Assembly: GCF_009914755.1 (NCBI RefSeq)
Contig: NC_060948.1
Length of the DNA: 64,000 nt
Reading direction: 5' to 3' (one strand)
Source: the human T2T-CHM13v2.0 reference genome, Homo sapiens
Shown: positions 1 to 15,657 of the stretch, one piece after another
Position numbering within the stretch: the first letter of the stretch is position 1
Layout of the letters: the number at the start of each line of letters is the position of its first letter
Notes under the pieces: model-generated
What the model was told of the DNA's origin: nothing
Databases searched by the model: none
Seen by the model: only the letters and a program-made list of their open reading frames with translations
Translations under genes and position numbers: made by a program

Positions 1-444
1 GACTAGAGCAGCCAGTCCGGGGGGCTCCGACTCCCTCCAGGAATGGGGAGGAGGATCTAGGGACATCAGCAGGAAGAAATAAAGTCACAGAGGTGAAGTA
101 GAGGTGGAGGAGGCCTGATGGGACAGCACCTCAGAACTTCCTGGGGAGTCTGGCCTTGACTCTAGAGTAATGGTAGCCACTGCAGTGATTTGAGCTGAGG
201 GGCTAAGATCACCAGATGACCTAGAGTCCGTGGTCAAAGGCTCCCTTCAGCTGTGTGCTGAGGATATTTGGTTTGGGGAGGCAACTGCAGGAATCCAGAG
301 AGAGATGGTCCATTGCAACACAGACCAGAAGTGTAAATGAGAAGTTGGGCTGCAGATCTAATTTGAACACAGTGAGATTTAGAAAGTTGAGAAATTGGAC
401 CAAATTTGTGATGGGAATTGGGTTCCACAGTTTAAATTCAGATC

Positions 445-690
445 TTGGAGTCTCACTATGTTGCCTAGGCTGCAGTGCAGTGACAGGATGTCACTGTAGC
501 CTCCTCCTCCTGGATTCAAGTGAATCTCTTGCCTCAGCCTCCAGTGTAACTGGGATTACAGGTGCCTGCCCCCATGCCCAGCTAATATTTGAATTTTTAC
601 TAGAGACAGGGTTTCATCGTATTGATCAATCTGGTCTCCAACTCCTGATCTCAAATTGTCTGCCCACCTCAGCCTCCCAAAGTGCTGGCA
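445..690 (-). mobile_element. Alu, partial and diverged
   Basis: Antisense Alu motifs GCCTCAGCCTCC...GGGATTACAGG...CCTCCCAAAGTGCTGG. Explains the C-terminal half of ORF 255..755. Confidence 0.9.
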
Positions 691-1060
691 AGAAATATTA
701 TAAGAAAATTAGAGGGAGAGAAGCTAGTGCTTGGGATAGGGAGTTGCAATTTTAGATAAAGTAGTGATGGAAGACTGCTCAGAGAAGGCGATGTTTGAGC
801 AAAGACCTCAAGGAGGGAGGAGAGAGGATTGTTTGTTTCTAGAACGTGCTAATAGCAGGGGACAGCTAGAGTGACCAGCCAGTGTTAGGACACTGAGGGA
901 GGGGCATGCCTGGATTGCCCTAGGAGTCCAGAGTGGCCATGGATGAGTGAGGGATGGAGAGTAGCAGGAGGTGGGGCCACAGAGGTAATGGCAGGGACAA
1001 ATCTTTGCATGTTACTGCAAGGTTCTCAGATTTTAGGATGCAGGAGAGAAGTATCATAGG
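690..1060 (-). mobile_element. Ancient L2 LINE fragment (similar pieces at ~1-220, ~16100-16530, ~19330-20040)
   Basis: Purine-rich L2-type text such as GAGAAGGCGATGTTTGAGCAAAGACCT. Highly degraded. Confidence 0.55.
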
Positions 1061-1939
1061 ATATTGAGAAGTATCCCTGGTGTTTGTCCAATAAATGTCA
1101 GCAGCACCACCCACCCTGTTTCCTGCTTCCAGGTTGGGACATTGACACAACGTTGTCTCCTATTTTTAAAGGGTTACTCCATTAGCGGGATTTGAATAAC
1201 CTTGAGGGCTTTGCACTGTCGATGCAAGCACTGAAGCAAAAAACACAAATATCATTACTATTCTCCTGAAAGACCCAATGGTAGGATTTTCTATAAGGTC
1301 ATGATGAGATTAATGAGAAGAGGTCATATTCTGGATATGTTTTTAAATTTCAACAGACAGGACTTAATGAACTGGATATGAAAAAAGGAGTAAATGAAGA
1401 TGCCTTCATGGCAACCTAGAAAATCTTGGACAATGCTAGCAGATGCAGGTGCAGGCAGTGCTTGATGCATGTCTTGGCTTCTGGTATCCCAAGAGGTGTG
1501 GTTGGTCCCCCAGTCCACATCATCTACTTTAGTCCATGTACAAGAATTCTTAGACACTCAGAAACACACACAGTTTCTAGAACTAAGGACAATTCTACGG
1601 TTTACAAAACCATCATGGATGATGGGCAACAATGTAATGGAATCTGTTGGTGCCATGCATGTCGATTTCCAAGAAGTGTTATGAAGCTTTATTGGAACTC
1701 TGGTCATTGTTGTCTTCTTTTCTAGATGAGTAGCTCCCAACTCTGTCTGTACCCCAAAACCACCTGGGGAGGTTTAAAGAATCCTGTACCCCAGCTGTAT
1801 CCCACACCAATGACTTCTAAGTCTCCAAGCATGGAATCCAGGCATATATATTTTTGGAAGTTACCCTTAGATTTTTTCCTAAATGTTTTGAGCAACTGTC
1901 CATTTTCTCTTCATCTTTATCCCCTAAACTAGTGATACT

Positions 1940-2165
1940 CTACAGGGATTATTCTTTCCCTAGGGATATTTGGCCATGTCTGGAGACATTTTGGGTTGCA
2001 ATAACCCAGTTAGCATCTGTTGGGTAGAGACCAGGGATGTTACTCAGTACCCAACAATGCACAGCACAGCCCCTACCACAGAGAATGACTTCACCCTCAA
2101 ATGTCAAAGTTGAGAAAACCTACCCCAAACCCTCAAATGTCAAAGTTGAGAATGAGAAAACCTGC
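1940..2165. mobile_element. MER20-like hAT DNA transposon remnant
   Basis: GGGATATTTGGCCATGTCTGGAGACATTTTGGGTTG...GGGTAGAGACCAGGGATG. Related copies at ~2790-2990 and, inverted, ~24430-24660. Confidence 0.7.
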
Positions 2166-4439
2166 CTCAAACCCAAGGAATTTGATTATTACATTGATGG
2201 GTTCATTAATCATTGCCAGACATTTTTAAATGTCTTTCCTCTTTTTTTGGTACTTTTGAGTTTAATTGACAAATTGAAGTCCACATGGGAAGAAAACAAG
2301 GAAATAGAGGAAGAGAGAGATAGAGTACAAACACCTGTGTTAAGTCACCATTTCCTGCAGCCTTGAGTGCCGTTAGTAGCTAGTGAGGGGGACAATTAGC
2401 AGTTTTTGAAAGTGATGAGAACAACTATTTGCATGTGCTTTTCCTTCCTGAATTGTGTTTGTGAAAGCCAAGTTAATCATCTGATAGAGTCACATTCACA
2501 TGCCAGGTGTTGAGGTTGAACACCAATGTCTGTTTCCTCAAGGTTTTGAAAATGGTGCACAGAAGGGCCTGCTTTTTGCTGAAATCATGCACATGGATAG
2601 TGGGAACACTTGCATTCTTAACAATCACCTGGTATGACTTAGGAAGTGGCAGCAACCTGGGAGCAATCTAGGATGATGTCCTGATAGGGGTTTGCTTTCC
2701 TGAGTAGCCACTGCCCAAGTTTGCTTCTCTGTTTGTGGGAACTTATTTTTCAGGCTGACTTAAATAGTTACCAATTTGGAGTAATATTGCTCCTCTTCAG
2801 GGATATTTAGCCATGTCTGGGTCATTTTTCATTGTCAAAACTGGAAGTGGCAGAGTGGGAGTGGTGCTGCTGGCATTTGTTGGGAACAAGTGAGGGATGC
2901 CACTTAAGATACCACAAAGCAGAGGATTGCCCTCCACAATAATGTTCCAGCCCCCGATGACAATATTGTCAAGGCTGAGAGGACCCAGATAGTGAAAAGT
3001 AGGATAAAGAAAAAATGAATAAACATGAATAATCACTACCATGTGATTTAGATAGAGGCATCAATATTCCTTCTCTTCCTCTCCAATATTTCCTCCTTCT
3101 TCTGTTGATTTTCAAGGGAGTTTTATTGTGAAAGTTTGATCCTGTCTTCAAGTTCCAAGAGGGATGGAACCTGAGCTAAAATTTAATGCCTGGCCATTCT
3201 TGGAGTAATATTTTAGTTTCTAGAACTTGGGAATACCAGTGCCCAGCTGATGCTGTTCTCATTTATGTATTAGCCTACTAAGATTTTGTGAACGGTTACA
3301 GTAAAAACAATGGTCAACTTTTATTCATCCCAGAAAGTCTCTGTCATGTTTGATCATAGACACCTTTAGCAGAGTAATTTCTACTATTCCTTATTCTATT
3401 AGGGTGATCAACTCATCCTGGTTTGCCCAATACTATCATAATTTCAGGAGTGAAAGTCCTATACTCTGGCAATTTTCTGTATTGCAGGGTGGCTAGTCAC
3501 CCTACATTCCATGGAATTGATTTTCCAAGTAAAAATTTTTGTGAAATGCAGCACTAGTGTTTAATATTTTATTTATTATTTTGTATTTTATTTGGTATTT
3601 GGTATTTTTCCAAAGGATAACTTGGTAATTAGCATTCTCCCATTGGGAAAATAATTGATTAAAAATCTCATCATAGAATAGACATTTCTTTGTACACATG
3701 GTTGGACCTTCAACTAGGGAGAGAAAAGATTATATTTTTAACAATTAAGGATACCTATTTTAGAGAGTTGTTTCTAAATTATTCCAGCCTTTTCATTTCA
3801 ATATTAAATGTATTTTTATCAGCTTTTGTAAAGGTTATGGACCACTGGAGATGTCCCTAAGAGTCAGATTTTTGATAATTTAAATAATCTCTTTTGCCTA
3901 CCTGTTAGTATTGTAATCATTTTTTTCCTTTTCCAACATGAGGTCATAAGTTAAATTTAAATAATAGCCCTATTAATAACTGGAACCCACTGGTGAGATC
4001 TCTGAGAAGGCCTATAGCCCACATGTTGACCCCAAGTGAGTGCATTCATTGAAATGTCATGACGGTAATACCAAGAGGGCTGATCACAATCCACCCTCTG
4101 TGCCCCTCATCCCACACTTTCACATCTTATCAATGAGTTCTAACACAATAAACTTACATGCACTTGATAGAAGAATTGCCATTTTAATTTAAAAACTCAG
4201 CAGAAACTGAAGTTGTTTGTATCTCCAAATCTCAGTTTTCCTCTGTAGCTCAAAGCCAGTGGAAAGCTGACAAAATCCAACACAATATATGAGAATTATC
4301 CATGTGACATCAAATATGTTATGTTACATTCCCAAAGTGGATTCACACATGCACATATATGGCAATAGTAAATGAATGTGTGTAGAGGAAGTCAATAGGA
4401 ATTCAATATATATGTTTGTATTTGAATTTAATCAAAATC

Positions 4440-4665
4440 AATATGTCTATGTACACAAATACACACATTTATACAGATAGACATACATAGACACACATGA
4501 ATGTAGATAGATTTTATACACACACACACACACACACACAGAGGGATACATAGAGATAGATGATAGATGATTAGCTAGATAGGTAAAGATAGATATAGAC
4601 ATATGTAGAGATACGTAGGTATAGTTAAGTACGTAGGTAGGTAGATAAGTTGATTGATTGATTTC
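4440..4665. repeat. Compound microsatellite (CA)n/(TAGA)n/(TAGG)n
   Basis: CA run at ~4517-4539 followed by degenerate GATA/GGTA units. Confidence 0.9.
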
Positions 4666-4789
4666 ATGATGCATCCTGGAAAGTTATATGCAAGTAAGTT
4701 CCTAATATCAACTCATTTTTATGCCATTTTTTTCCTCAAAGTAGAATGCTGCATGCTTACAGAAATATTTCTTTTTATTTGTTTTAATT

Positions 4790-5102
4790 AATTAACTAAT
4801 TAATTAATTTATTTATTTCCAAGACCAAGTCTCACTCTGTCACCCAGGCTGGAGTGAAGTGGTGCAATCTCCAGTCACTACAACCTCTGCATCCCAGGTT
4901 CAAGCTATTCTCATGCCTCAGTGCTCCCAATACATGGGATTTCAGGCATGTGCCACCATGCCTGGATAATTTTTGAATTTTTAGTAGAGACAGGGTTTTA
5001 CCATGTTGGCCAGGCTGCTCTAGAACTCCTGACCTCAGGTGATCCACCCACCTCAGCCTCCCAAAGTGCTGGGATTACAAGTGTGAGCCACTGTGCCCAG
5101 CC
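4790..5102 (-). mobile_element. AluS (Sx/Sz-like), full length
   Basis: Two-arm antisense Alu with CCTGACCTCAGGTGATCCACCC and a decayed T-rich tail. Confidence 0.95.
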
Positions 5103-5234
5103 TTCTCTCTTTTTTTAATGTGTATGTTTGGAGGATTCTGGATAAATAACAGGGAAGTGATATAAATGTATGTACGGAATTAACTCGCAAAACCCCTTTC
5201 TTGAATCAGACATTAAGTGGGTTAATTTAGGCCA

Positions 5235-5435
5235 GGATAGGCAAGCACAGCCCACAGGCCAAATCTGGCCCACTGCCTGCTTTTATAAATAAAGATTTAT
5301 TGGAATGCAGTCACATGCATTTATTCAGATATTGCTTGTGGCTGCTTTTGTTATACAATGGCAGAATTGCCTATTTATGGCAGAGACTGTGTGGTTCACA
5401 AAGCCAAAATATTTACTATCTGGCCCTTTGTAAAA
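5235..5435. mobile_element. MER58-like DNA transposon, interrupted by the next Alu
   Basis: GGCCAAATCTGGCCCACTGCCTGCTTTTATAAATAAAG...TATTTACTATCTGGCCCTTT. Confidence 0.7.
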
Positions 5436-5441
5436 AGTCTT

Positions 5442-5755
5442 TGGGCTGGGTAAGGCGGCTTATGCTTGTAACCCCAGCACTTCGGGAAGCTGAAAACAGA
5501 TGCTCACTTGAGGCTAGGAGTACTGGACAGCCTGGCAAACATATTTTGGAAAGACCATCTCTCTACCAAAATAGAAAAATGAGCCAAGCAGATGTGGTGG
5601 AGCATGCTCATGTAGTCCCATCTACTCGGGAGGCTGAGGTGGGAGGATTGCTTAAGACCAGGAGTTCGAGGCTGCAGTGAGCCACCACTGCACTCCAGCC
5701 TGAGTGACAGAGCCAGACAATGTCTCAAAATAAACAAATAAATTAAAAAAAAATT
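5442..5755 (+). mobile_element. AluJ-type, full length
   Basis: GAGGTGGGAGGATTGCTT...GGAGTTCGAGGCTGCAGTGAGC (J-type right arm) and an A-rich tail. Confidence 0.9.
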
Positions 5756-7137
5756 GCCTATCCTTAACTCAGATTAAAGGGAACCAAGTTCAGTTATTTT
5801 TAAGAATGCGTGGTTTGGGAAAACTAAAATACATAGATTCCACTCAGTTTACAAAGTCACACATATTCAAATATAGTGTTTTCAAAAATTAGGAAAATAA
5901 AAAGCCCTCTTAAATCCTGGACTTTTTTGGTTTGAAAAATGGGAACCACCCATGTTGATCTTGCCTGATACCCCTTCAAGATGCTTTCAGTCAGGGAAAC
6001 TGGATGAAGAACACATGAGGGCTTCCTGCACATTATGCTGCAACTTCTTATAAATCTCTGCTTTAAAACAGAAAAAGGTTTTTTTGTTGTTGTTCGTTTC
6101 TTTGTTTTTAAAGATGAGCTCAAGTCTGCTTTGCTCCTTCTTATTGCAGTGACTGTCTCTATCATTATTGCATGGTTCCTATAAGACATGGTTGTCTGAG
6201 GGCACCCACTAGCCAGTCAACAAATTTCATCACAAATAAAATTCCAAATTTTCTTTTGGATACAACACAAGCCGCTGTGGCTTCCATTGCTACAGGCTAA
6301 CATTGACTTAGTGTTTCCCATTTACCAAGATTGTACCAGCTAATGTAAAGGGTTTGTGGTGGTGGATTCTTCCACATTTTACCCTCCAAAGATCTCAATG
6401 AGGACTTGCACAATTACTAATACATACAGCCTGGTTTTATCTTCACTTCCAGGTTTTCCCTTGCTTTTGTGTTTCACATCTCATTTCCTTTGTGTCCACA
6501 TGTTGGATTTATGTCTGAAGCCATATTCAATGGACATGGGGACATGAGAGCATGCAAGTTAATCAACAGGTCAGCATCAGTATGAGCAATGGTTTGCAGT
6601 TGTAACAGGAAGCCCAGGAGTCCAGATTTCCAAGTCTATGGATATTAGCTCCACCACACATTTGCCATGTGACTTAAATCATCCAAACACAAACCACATT
6701 TCTCTAGGGGTGCTATCACTGGGAGCCAGCAAAGCTCGAAAATCCCAATTTGATATTTTCCATAAAGGGAAGTCATGATAAGGGGAAGTAAAATGATCTG
6801 GACCCTTGAATTCATAATTCCCATCTTATTTTGTGGGGTAATTTACAATAACCACATCTGTGTAGTAACGGGAAGGACCACAGTCTCAGGTTTCTGGTCA
6901 CACCTCCAGCAATTGAATGGCTTGAGGGAAATGAAATCTAGACTTGGTGTCAGATATTTGTCTACCATGCCTTTTGGCAGAATTAATAACCCACAAGCTT
7001 TGGAGGATGACAATTTTTTCAATTATACAAACTGCTGTGCCCCTTAAAATATTCCTAAAAATTGTTTTCTACTTCATATCATTTCTGAAAAAGGAAATTG
7101 GCAAGATAGAGCAAGAATGCTAAAAAATGTTGGATGA

Positions 7138-7452
<315 letters not shown>

Positions 7453-8554
7453 TTACAGGTAATTCTGTTTCCGAGTTTTTATGCCTAGGGATAGAATCTC
7501 CAATGTGCAAAATTATTTGTGCACAAAAATCTACATAATTGAACAATATATAACAGCATAAAACTGGACCCAACAGATTCAAAGGTAGAAGTGTTTTGGT
7601 TACAGCAGAATGTATGATGAAACCTTGTGCAACTGTTTAAAATGATGATAAAAAGTGTATATATTACCCTGGTAAAACAAAAACATTTCTTATAATTCTG
7701 ATAAACATTGAGTCTGTATCTTAGATCAGGCACTGTAATGGATTATCTCATTTAAATATTTATTATAGCCCTAATATCCTATTACAGCCGTTGTATTACA
7801 CCCAAGAAAACTTAGGCAGAGAAGGGATAAGAATCCTATGTGAGGTCTCACAAGTATTTCCTGGGAGACGGAAGTCATAACTGACCCTAACAACTATATG
7901 ATGACCCTCCAGTTAAGAGTACTTCTTCAGGCAATATGCACAATGCAAGAGTATCTTTTCAGGACATAAGCACGATGCAAAATTATTCATACTATTATCA
8001 ATGGTGCAATATCTTAAAACCTAGATAGGTGGAAGCAACAATAAAAAAAAAAGCTCAATAGAAAAATATTAAACTAAATAATAATAATAACAAAACAAAT
8101 AGACTATATCATCAGTGAGTTAGTTTGGCCAAAAGAATCCAGAAAATAAAAACCAGTTTCTGCCACCAATCAGCAGCACTTCTGTAATATCCCTTGGCAT
8201 GTATATTTTTACATCCCCTTCTCTGCTTTTGGTCTATTTACATAATACATCTCAAAAAATTGCAGCATGATGGCAATATCAAAGACTTCATCAATACTCT
8301 GTAAAGAGGGTGGAGTTAAATTGGGCCATAAATGCAAATATGATTGCACTCGGGTGAAATTAAAACTCTACTATGCAGCTGAACCCTAAATGAATTCTCT
8401 CTGGCATTGATATTTTAATTTCTTCTCACTGCTGATGATAGATTTCCATGAATAAACAAACTTCCTTTCCTCATATATGGGGTCTTCTGTCTGCAAGATT
8501 CATGCAGGAACCTATTATTCCATTTCATGATAGTCCTATTCCAGTACTTTCTTT

Positions 8555-8877
<323 letters not shown>

Positions 8878-9139
8878 CCAGTACTTTCTTTGAGTTAAGT
8901 TGTTTAGTACTATTAGTCACTGCACTGTGACCATTGCTCCCAGTGGGAATGAATCAAGGCACTAAGAGAAAGCTTGGAGTAAATAACAAAGAACACACCA
9001 TAGAAAGTCATTACTATGCACATTTCTAGACCAGTACTACCTCTAAATGAAAATTGGATACTGGATCCTCTTTTCTGAAAGTGGGCCAGTGGGATTTTAT
9101 CTAAATAAGTTATGCAACAGTATCCTGGATGCCACTTGC

Positions 9140-9445
9140 TGTTTGTTTGTTGTTTGTTTCTGTAGAGAGATAGGGTCTTGCTCTGTTTCCCAGGCTGGAG
9201 TGCAGTGGCAGAATCATACCTCGCCACAGCCTGGAATTCCTAAGCAATAGCAACCTTCCTACCTCAGCTTCCTGAGTAGCTGGAACTACAAGCATGTGCC
9301 ACCATGCCTCGCTAATTTTATTAATTTTTTTTAGAGATGGGATCTTGCTATGTTCGTCAGGCTGGTCATAAGCTCCTGGGCTCAAGCAATCCTCCTGCTC
9401 TGGCCTCCTAAAGCTCTGGAATTACAGGCATGAGTCACTGCCCCG
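9140..9445 (-). mobile_element. AluJ-type, full length
   Basis: CTCCTGGGCTCAAGCAATCCTCC and a (GTTT)n tail. Confidence 0.9.
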
Positions 9446-9627
9446 GTACCAATGTCCTCTTTAATTGACCCAATCTTGACTCCTCAGAACTTTTCCATAG
9501 AGAGGAGCAAGATCCATTCATAACAAAGCCCCCTCTGTGGCTGTGGCTTAGGAATTTAAACAGCCAACAGGATAGAGAACTTCTTGAAATTTCAGGAGTG
9601 TTGACATTTTTAAATTGGAAGAACACG

Positions 9628-9929
9628 TAGCAGGTTGATTCCATGTCTTTGCTATTGTGAACAGTGCTGCAATGAACATACACATACATATATCTTGGTA
9701 ATTGAATGATTTTTAAACCTTTGAGTATATACTCAGTGATGGGATTGCTAGATCATATGGTATTCTTGGTTCTAGATCTTTGAGGAATTGCCAAACTGTG
9801 TTTTCACAATGGTTAAACTAATTTACATTCCCACAAACAGTGTAAAAATGTTTCTAGTTTTCCATAACCTCTCCAATATCTATTGTTTCTTGACTTTTTA
9901 ATAATCTCCATTCTGACTGGTGTGATTGG
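9628..9929 (-). mobile_element. L1PA internal fragment (3' part of ORF2)
   Basis: GGTTGATTCCATGTCTTTGCTATTGTGAACAGTGCTGCAATGAACATAC...CCATTCTGACTGGTGTGA. Antisense homolog of the L1 at 12.6-12.9 kb. Confidence 0.9.
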
Positions 9930-10271
9930 TCATTATTAAGGAGAGTCCCCTAGTCAATACATACTGTTATAAAGGTATGAGTGAATAAATACATGAATTA
10001 ATGAAACCCAAAAGAGTTTATTATGTTTCCCTTCTGGTTTCAGTACATGGGCAGTGTCCGTGCTTGAGTTTGTCGTAATTTCATGAGCTGGGAAGTGCAC
10101 AAGCCATATTGCTTTCAACGTTATTCCCAAAAGGTACAATGTCATCCTCTGACTTATCTTGACCTTTTCAGGTACATGCATATGCATGAGACCCTTGTCA
10201 ATGTTCAATATTCTTTCAATTTGGATAGACATTCCTACATTGCTGCTTAATTAACTATACTTATCATTTTG

Positions 10272-10342
10272 TTATAGAGAATTTTCTTATAAATTATCTT
10301 ACAGAGAATTTTCCAATAAATTATCTTATAGAGAATTTTCTA
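10272..10342. repeat. 27-bp tandem repeat, about 2.6 copies
   Basis: Unit TTATAGAGAATTTTCTTATAAATTATC with variants. Confidence 0.85.
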
Positions 10343-12233
10343 ATTAGTAATGAGTATAATTATGGAATAATTTTAGGGCATCATAATAGTAAAAATTCTA
10401 AGCAGTCTCTGACTCATTATTGAAATTCAAAATCTCAAAGCACCATATACCAAGTGATGTATTGTACATAATGACTTTCTTATTCAATTTTTCTAATCTA
10501 TTTTTTATCCCCTAGGCTTTTTTCTCAGTAATTGTCCAGAGCTTTTAATAAAAGAATACTAGTTATTGAATCTTCATGCATCTTTATTTTCAGATTCACA
10601 TCTTGAAGTCTGCATAACTAGCAGCAGAGAACGTAAGAGAAAAATGTATGTGAATATGGTCTATGAAAATTATTCTAAGTTCTTACATGTCCTTCAGTTC
10701 ATCCCACCAAAAAAGAAGACAAAAACCTTGGAAGGGATAAATAAATCTCCTCTCTTTTGTATAAGCACAGACTGTCTTTCCATATCAGGATTTGTTTATT
10801 TAATACCTGGGGATCCCATCAGTAATAGGATACAGACATACATAAACCCTATCATCTTCTTTGCAGAATCAAGATGCCATTCATGGGTCATGACCTTGTA
10901 GAAACTGTGCAAATGTGTGTTGAATCAGAAAGTCCAAATGACCACACCTGTACCAGGTCTATGTTTAGCTGTCTCTGAAATACAGAGCTGTCAGGCCATG
11001 AATCTTAGTAATTATTAGAGTTTCTGCAGGTTTCTTTTATGTTCAACCATAAATATTCGATACAAAATTCTTATTAAAGAACTATGGTCACACCATTGTT
11101 GCTGAAATCATTCCTTCCATCAAACCCAAGATCCAATGTTCTTATTTCCCAAATATGGTGCAGGCAGCATTGTGGTAAACACCACTGAATAGACTTGTTG
11201 TTCAGTATGTCTCAAAGACCTGAATTGGCTGTTCAGCCAAAGCTTAAATAAATACAACAATTAAGGAGGAGAGGATGCTGTTTGAACAACTCAGGTTCTG
11301 TCTAACACTTTCTACTCCTTTGAAGACAAAAGTACAATCCCTTAAAAAAATAACAAACACTACTTTTTAAACCTTAACACAGGCAGAGATTATGCAAGAA
11401 TATGACCTAAAAGAAGAGATTAAAGTTGCATTTAGAAGATCATTGACGAGTGATCTTGAAGATACGTATCTCTGAATAGTAGTAAATTCTGAAAGCAGAA
11501 TAAGTAGGAAGTGAAAAAGTTGTGGCAGTATGTGTGGACAAATTTTGAATGTTTGTCTGGCAATGAATATGTTAAAATTGGAAGCATACTGATGGATGAC
11601 ATTTGGCAAGTATGCTGAGAACCATAGAGAACTAATTCATCTGCAGATGTGCCATTCTTAGAAAGGTTGGCGATAAAGAAGAGAAAGGGGATGAATGATG
11701 GGGACCATTATGTGGATGAGATAGAATTTACAGAGCAGAGTGGGAGATTCTTATCTCAGATCCTATGCACCCCAGAAATGGCAGTGAAGAAAGGATGCAG
11801 GTATAGATCATTTTGCAGGAGATGCAAAACACCAACGAAGGTTATTCCTGATAATGACTGTTTCTCTGTGCATTAGAAAGAAAGACTGTGTGCTGAAAGT
11901 GAGGGGTAAAGCAGAGGACTTGAGACAAATTGGAGAATGTGGTAAAAGCCAGCATGAGAAATGGGAGAGGGAGTTTATCAGGCAGTAGCATCAGAATTGT
12001 GCACAACACTGTTAATTTTGGTGCTCAGAGAGCAGTAAAGACATGAATTCTCACCGGTGTACGTGCCCGGTGATAGTAACAGAGGGAGTATATGGTTCAA
12101 TTGATCTGGGAGTAGAAGCTGGGTGAGACCAAGCTGATTTGAAGAAAAAAGAAGAGGGAAAGGAAATGGCTGTGGTATTTAGAATGCAATTGTCTGGATA
12201 GGAGAGGACAGTAACTAAAGCACCATTTATTAA

Positions 12234-13343
<1,110 letters not shown>

Positions 13344-13615
13344 TCTGCCCATGAACCACAGAGATGGAGTGCATTAGTTTTTTCTCCTCCCTTTCCTTCC
13401 AGCAAAGATTTTTGCACAAAGGCATGAAGTTCAATTATAAAATGACTATTGATTAATAGCAATGGAGGATGACAGAAACCTAAGAGTTGAGCATAAAATA
13501 AGTGAAGTTAAATGGAAGGTATTCGGGGAAATGAGAACACGCCAAGGGGTGGATGGTACACAATTGTTGAAAGTTCGCTCACTACTCAGCTTCTTGCATT
13601 AAGAGATGACATGGT

Positions 13616-13911
13616 TGGCGGGATGTGGTGGCTCATGCCTGTCATCCCAACAATTTGGGAGGTCAAGGCAGGTGGATCACCTGAGGTTAGGAGTTCAAGA
13701 CAATCCTGGCAAACATGGCAAAACTCTATCTCTACTAAAGATACAAAAATTAGCTGGGTGTGGTGGCAGGTGCCTGTAATCCCAGCTACTTGGGAGGCTG
13801 AGGCAGAAGGATGCTTGAACCTGGGAGGCGGAGGTTGCAGTGAGCCGAGATCATGTCACTGCACTATACCCTGGGTGACAGAGCAAGACTGTGTCTCACG
13901 AAAAAAAAAAA
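13616..13911 (+). mobile_element. AluSx-like with TSD
   Basis: TSD AAGAGATGACATGGT (13601-13615) / AAGAGACGGCATGGT (13912-13926). Explains ORF 13512..14045. Confidence 0.95.
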
Positions 13912-15357
13912 AAGAGACGGCATGGTCAAGTCAACTCCCAGGGAAATATTACAGGTGTCATTTCAGAGTGTGGAGCCATTCGTATTCAAATGGCTGGATC
14001 TGTGTGATCTGCATTTCAACTATACAAAATCTCACAGACTTATAAGAATGATTATATCAGATTGAAAATGGTCTCAGCAATTGCAGCTTACTGGAGTCTT
14101 GGGCTAGCTCCCCGGACATATTCGCTTAGCGCCTAGGTATTTTGTTTTTACTACATTGATTTGTGCTTGTTTGTTGGTACCATTGGAAATGGGGCTTTGG
14201 CTGAATTTTGTGTTTGTGTGTGCACATGTGTGTGTGTGCACTCCTAAACAAAGATAGTAAACTCCTGAAGAGGCAGTTTATGTTTCCCTTACATATATGC
14301 ACACTGCTTAATTATTTTCTCACTTTTCTCATTTTAACTGTTTGGTGTATGTTGCTGACTAGCTAAATTCAGGTAGATTCTGTTTTCTGTTGGAAACATT
14401 GATCCCTGGTACTTTTGTTGAAAATGGTGGGGGGTTAGCACTTCCCTCAAAGAAACCATTTCAGTAAAAATTTCAAAGAACTCATTTGGGAGCTTAATTC
14501 CAACTGTAAGTTGTGCTATCAGCTTCACAAAAAAAACTGTTTCCATCGATGGTAGTTTGGTTATTAACCCAATAACTACTTCAACCCAAAGACCTGAAGG
14601 GCATATGAAGATGATTTCTGAACACTGGGCACCATCAGGAATATCCTGGAAATTTCTAGTTCAGCAACACAATTGAAACTATGTCGTGATGGTTGCAGTT
14701 GTGACCTCAAAAAGAATTCTTTGTTTTTTATATGTTGAAAGAAAAAAGGGAAGACAAGATGCCAATTCTGGTGTTCTTCATCATTGCTATAGATGGATTC
14801 CCTTAGGTAATTTGCTTGGCAATTACCTTTGCAAACTCTCTGGTTTTCAATGAAGAAATCACAGTAGCTGGAAATGGAGGGATATTTTGGCCCTAAGTCA
14901 AGTTTTCACAATTGCCTCTTCCAGTTCTGTGTTCTATGAATTTATTTAGTAAACACCCTAGTCATCAATACTTGAGCAATGAAAAATAACAGATATTTCT
15001 TTGAGAAGAAAGAGAAGAAAATGAAGTAAAATAGCAGGTAGCCACAATCCTTTTAGGTAAGGAGAATCTCTTGGAAGAGGCCTTGAGATCATTTTTCAAG
15101 ATAAAATGTGCAATCTTTCATCTCACTTTGAGATGTCAGAAATATAACACTCATTATCAACCATGCTTAGGTGAATATTTCTTTTCACTTCTCACCTCAG
15201 AAATCCATGTATTTGTACAAATGATATTATAAGTACAAAAACCACAGGCAAGATATTTTTACAACAGGAGGAATTTAGCTGAGCACTTAAGCAGAAGAAT
15301 AATTGGTGTTTTTGCAGCTTCACTGGAGGTTTCAGAAGTCAGAATTATGAGGCAGCT

Positions 15358-15657
15358 TCTTTTTTTTGTTTTGTTTTGACACTGATTTCTACTCTTTCAC
15401 CCAGGCTGGAGTGAAGTGGTATGATCTTGGCTCACTGCAACCTCCGCCCCTTAGGTTCAAGTGATTCTCCTGCCTCAGCCTCCAGGGTAGCTGGAATTAC
15501 AGGCATGCATTATCACGTCTGGCTAAGTTTTATATTTTTATCAGAGATGGTTTTGCCATGTTGGCTAGGCTGATCTTGAACTCCTGACCTCAGGTGATCC
15601 ACCCACTCCAGCCTCCCAAAGTTTGAGGGTTACAGGTGTGAGCCAGCATGCCTTGGC
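15358..15657 (-). mobile_element. AluSx-like
   Basis: Antisense two-arm Alu with a T-rich tail. Confidence 0.93.

Noticed and set aside
255-755. 166-aa ORF
   Set aside because: Non-ATG start and about half is antisense Alu. No recognisable domain.
1560-1700. Faint resemblance to CR1/L3 RT (…MHVDFQEV)
   Set aside because: Too degraded to call without a profile search.
13512-14045. 177-aa ORF, the longest in the track
   Set aside because: The core is a translated Alu (WWLMPVIP...[10 protein letters not shown]).
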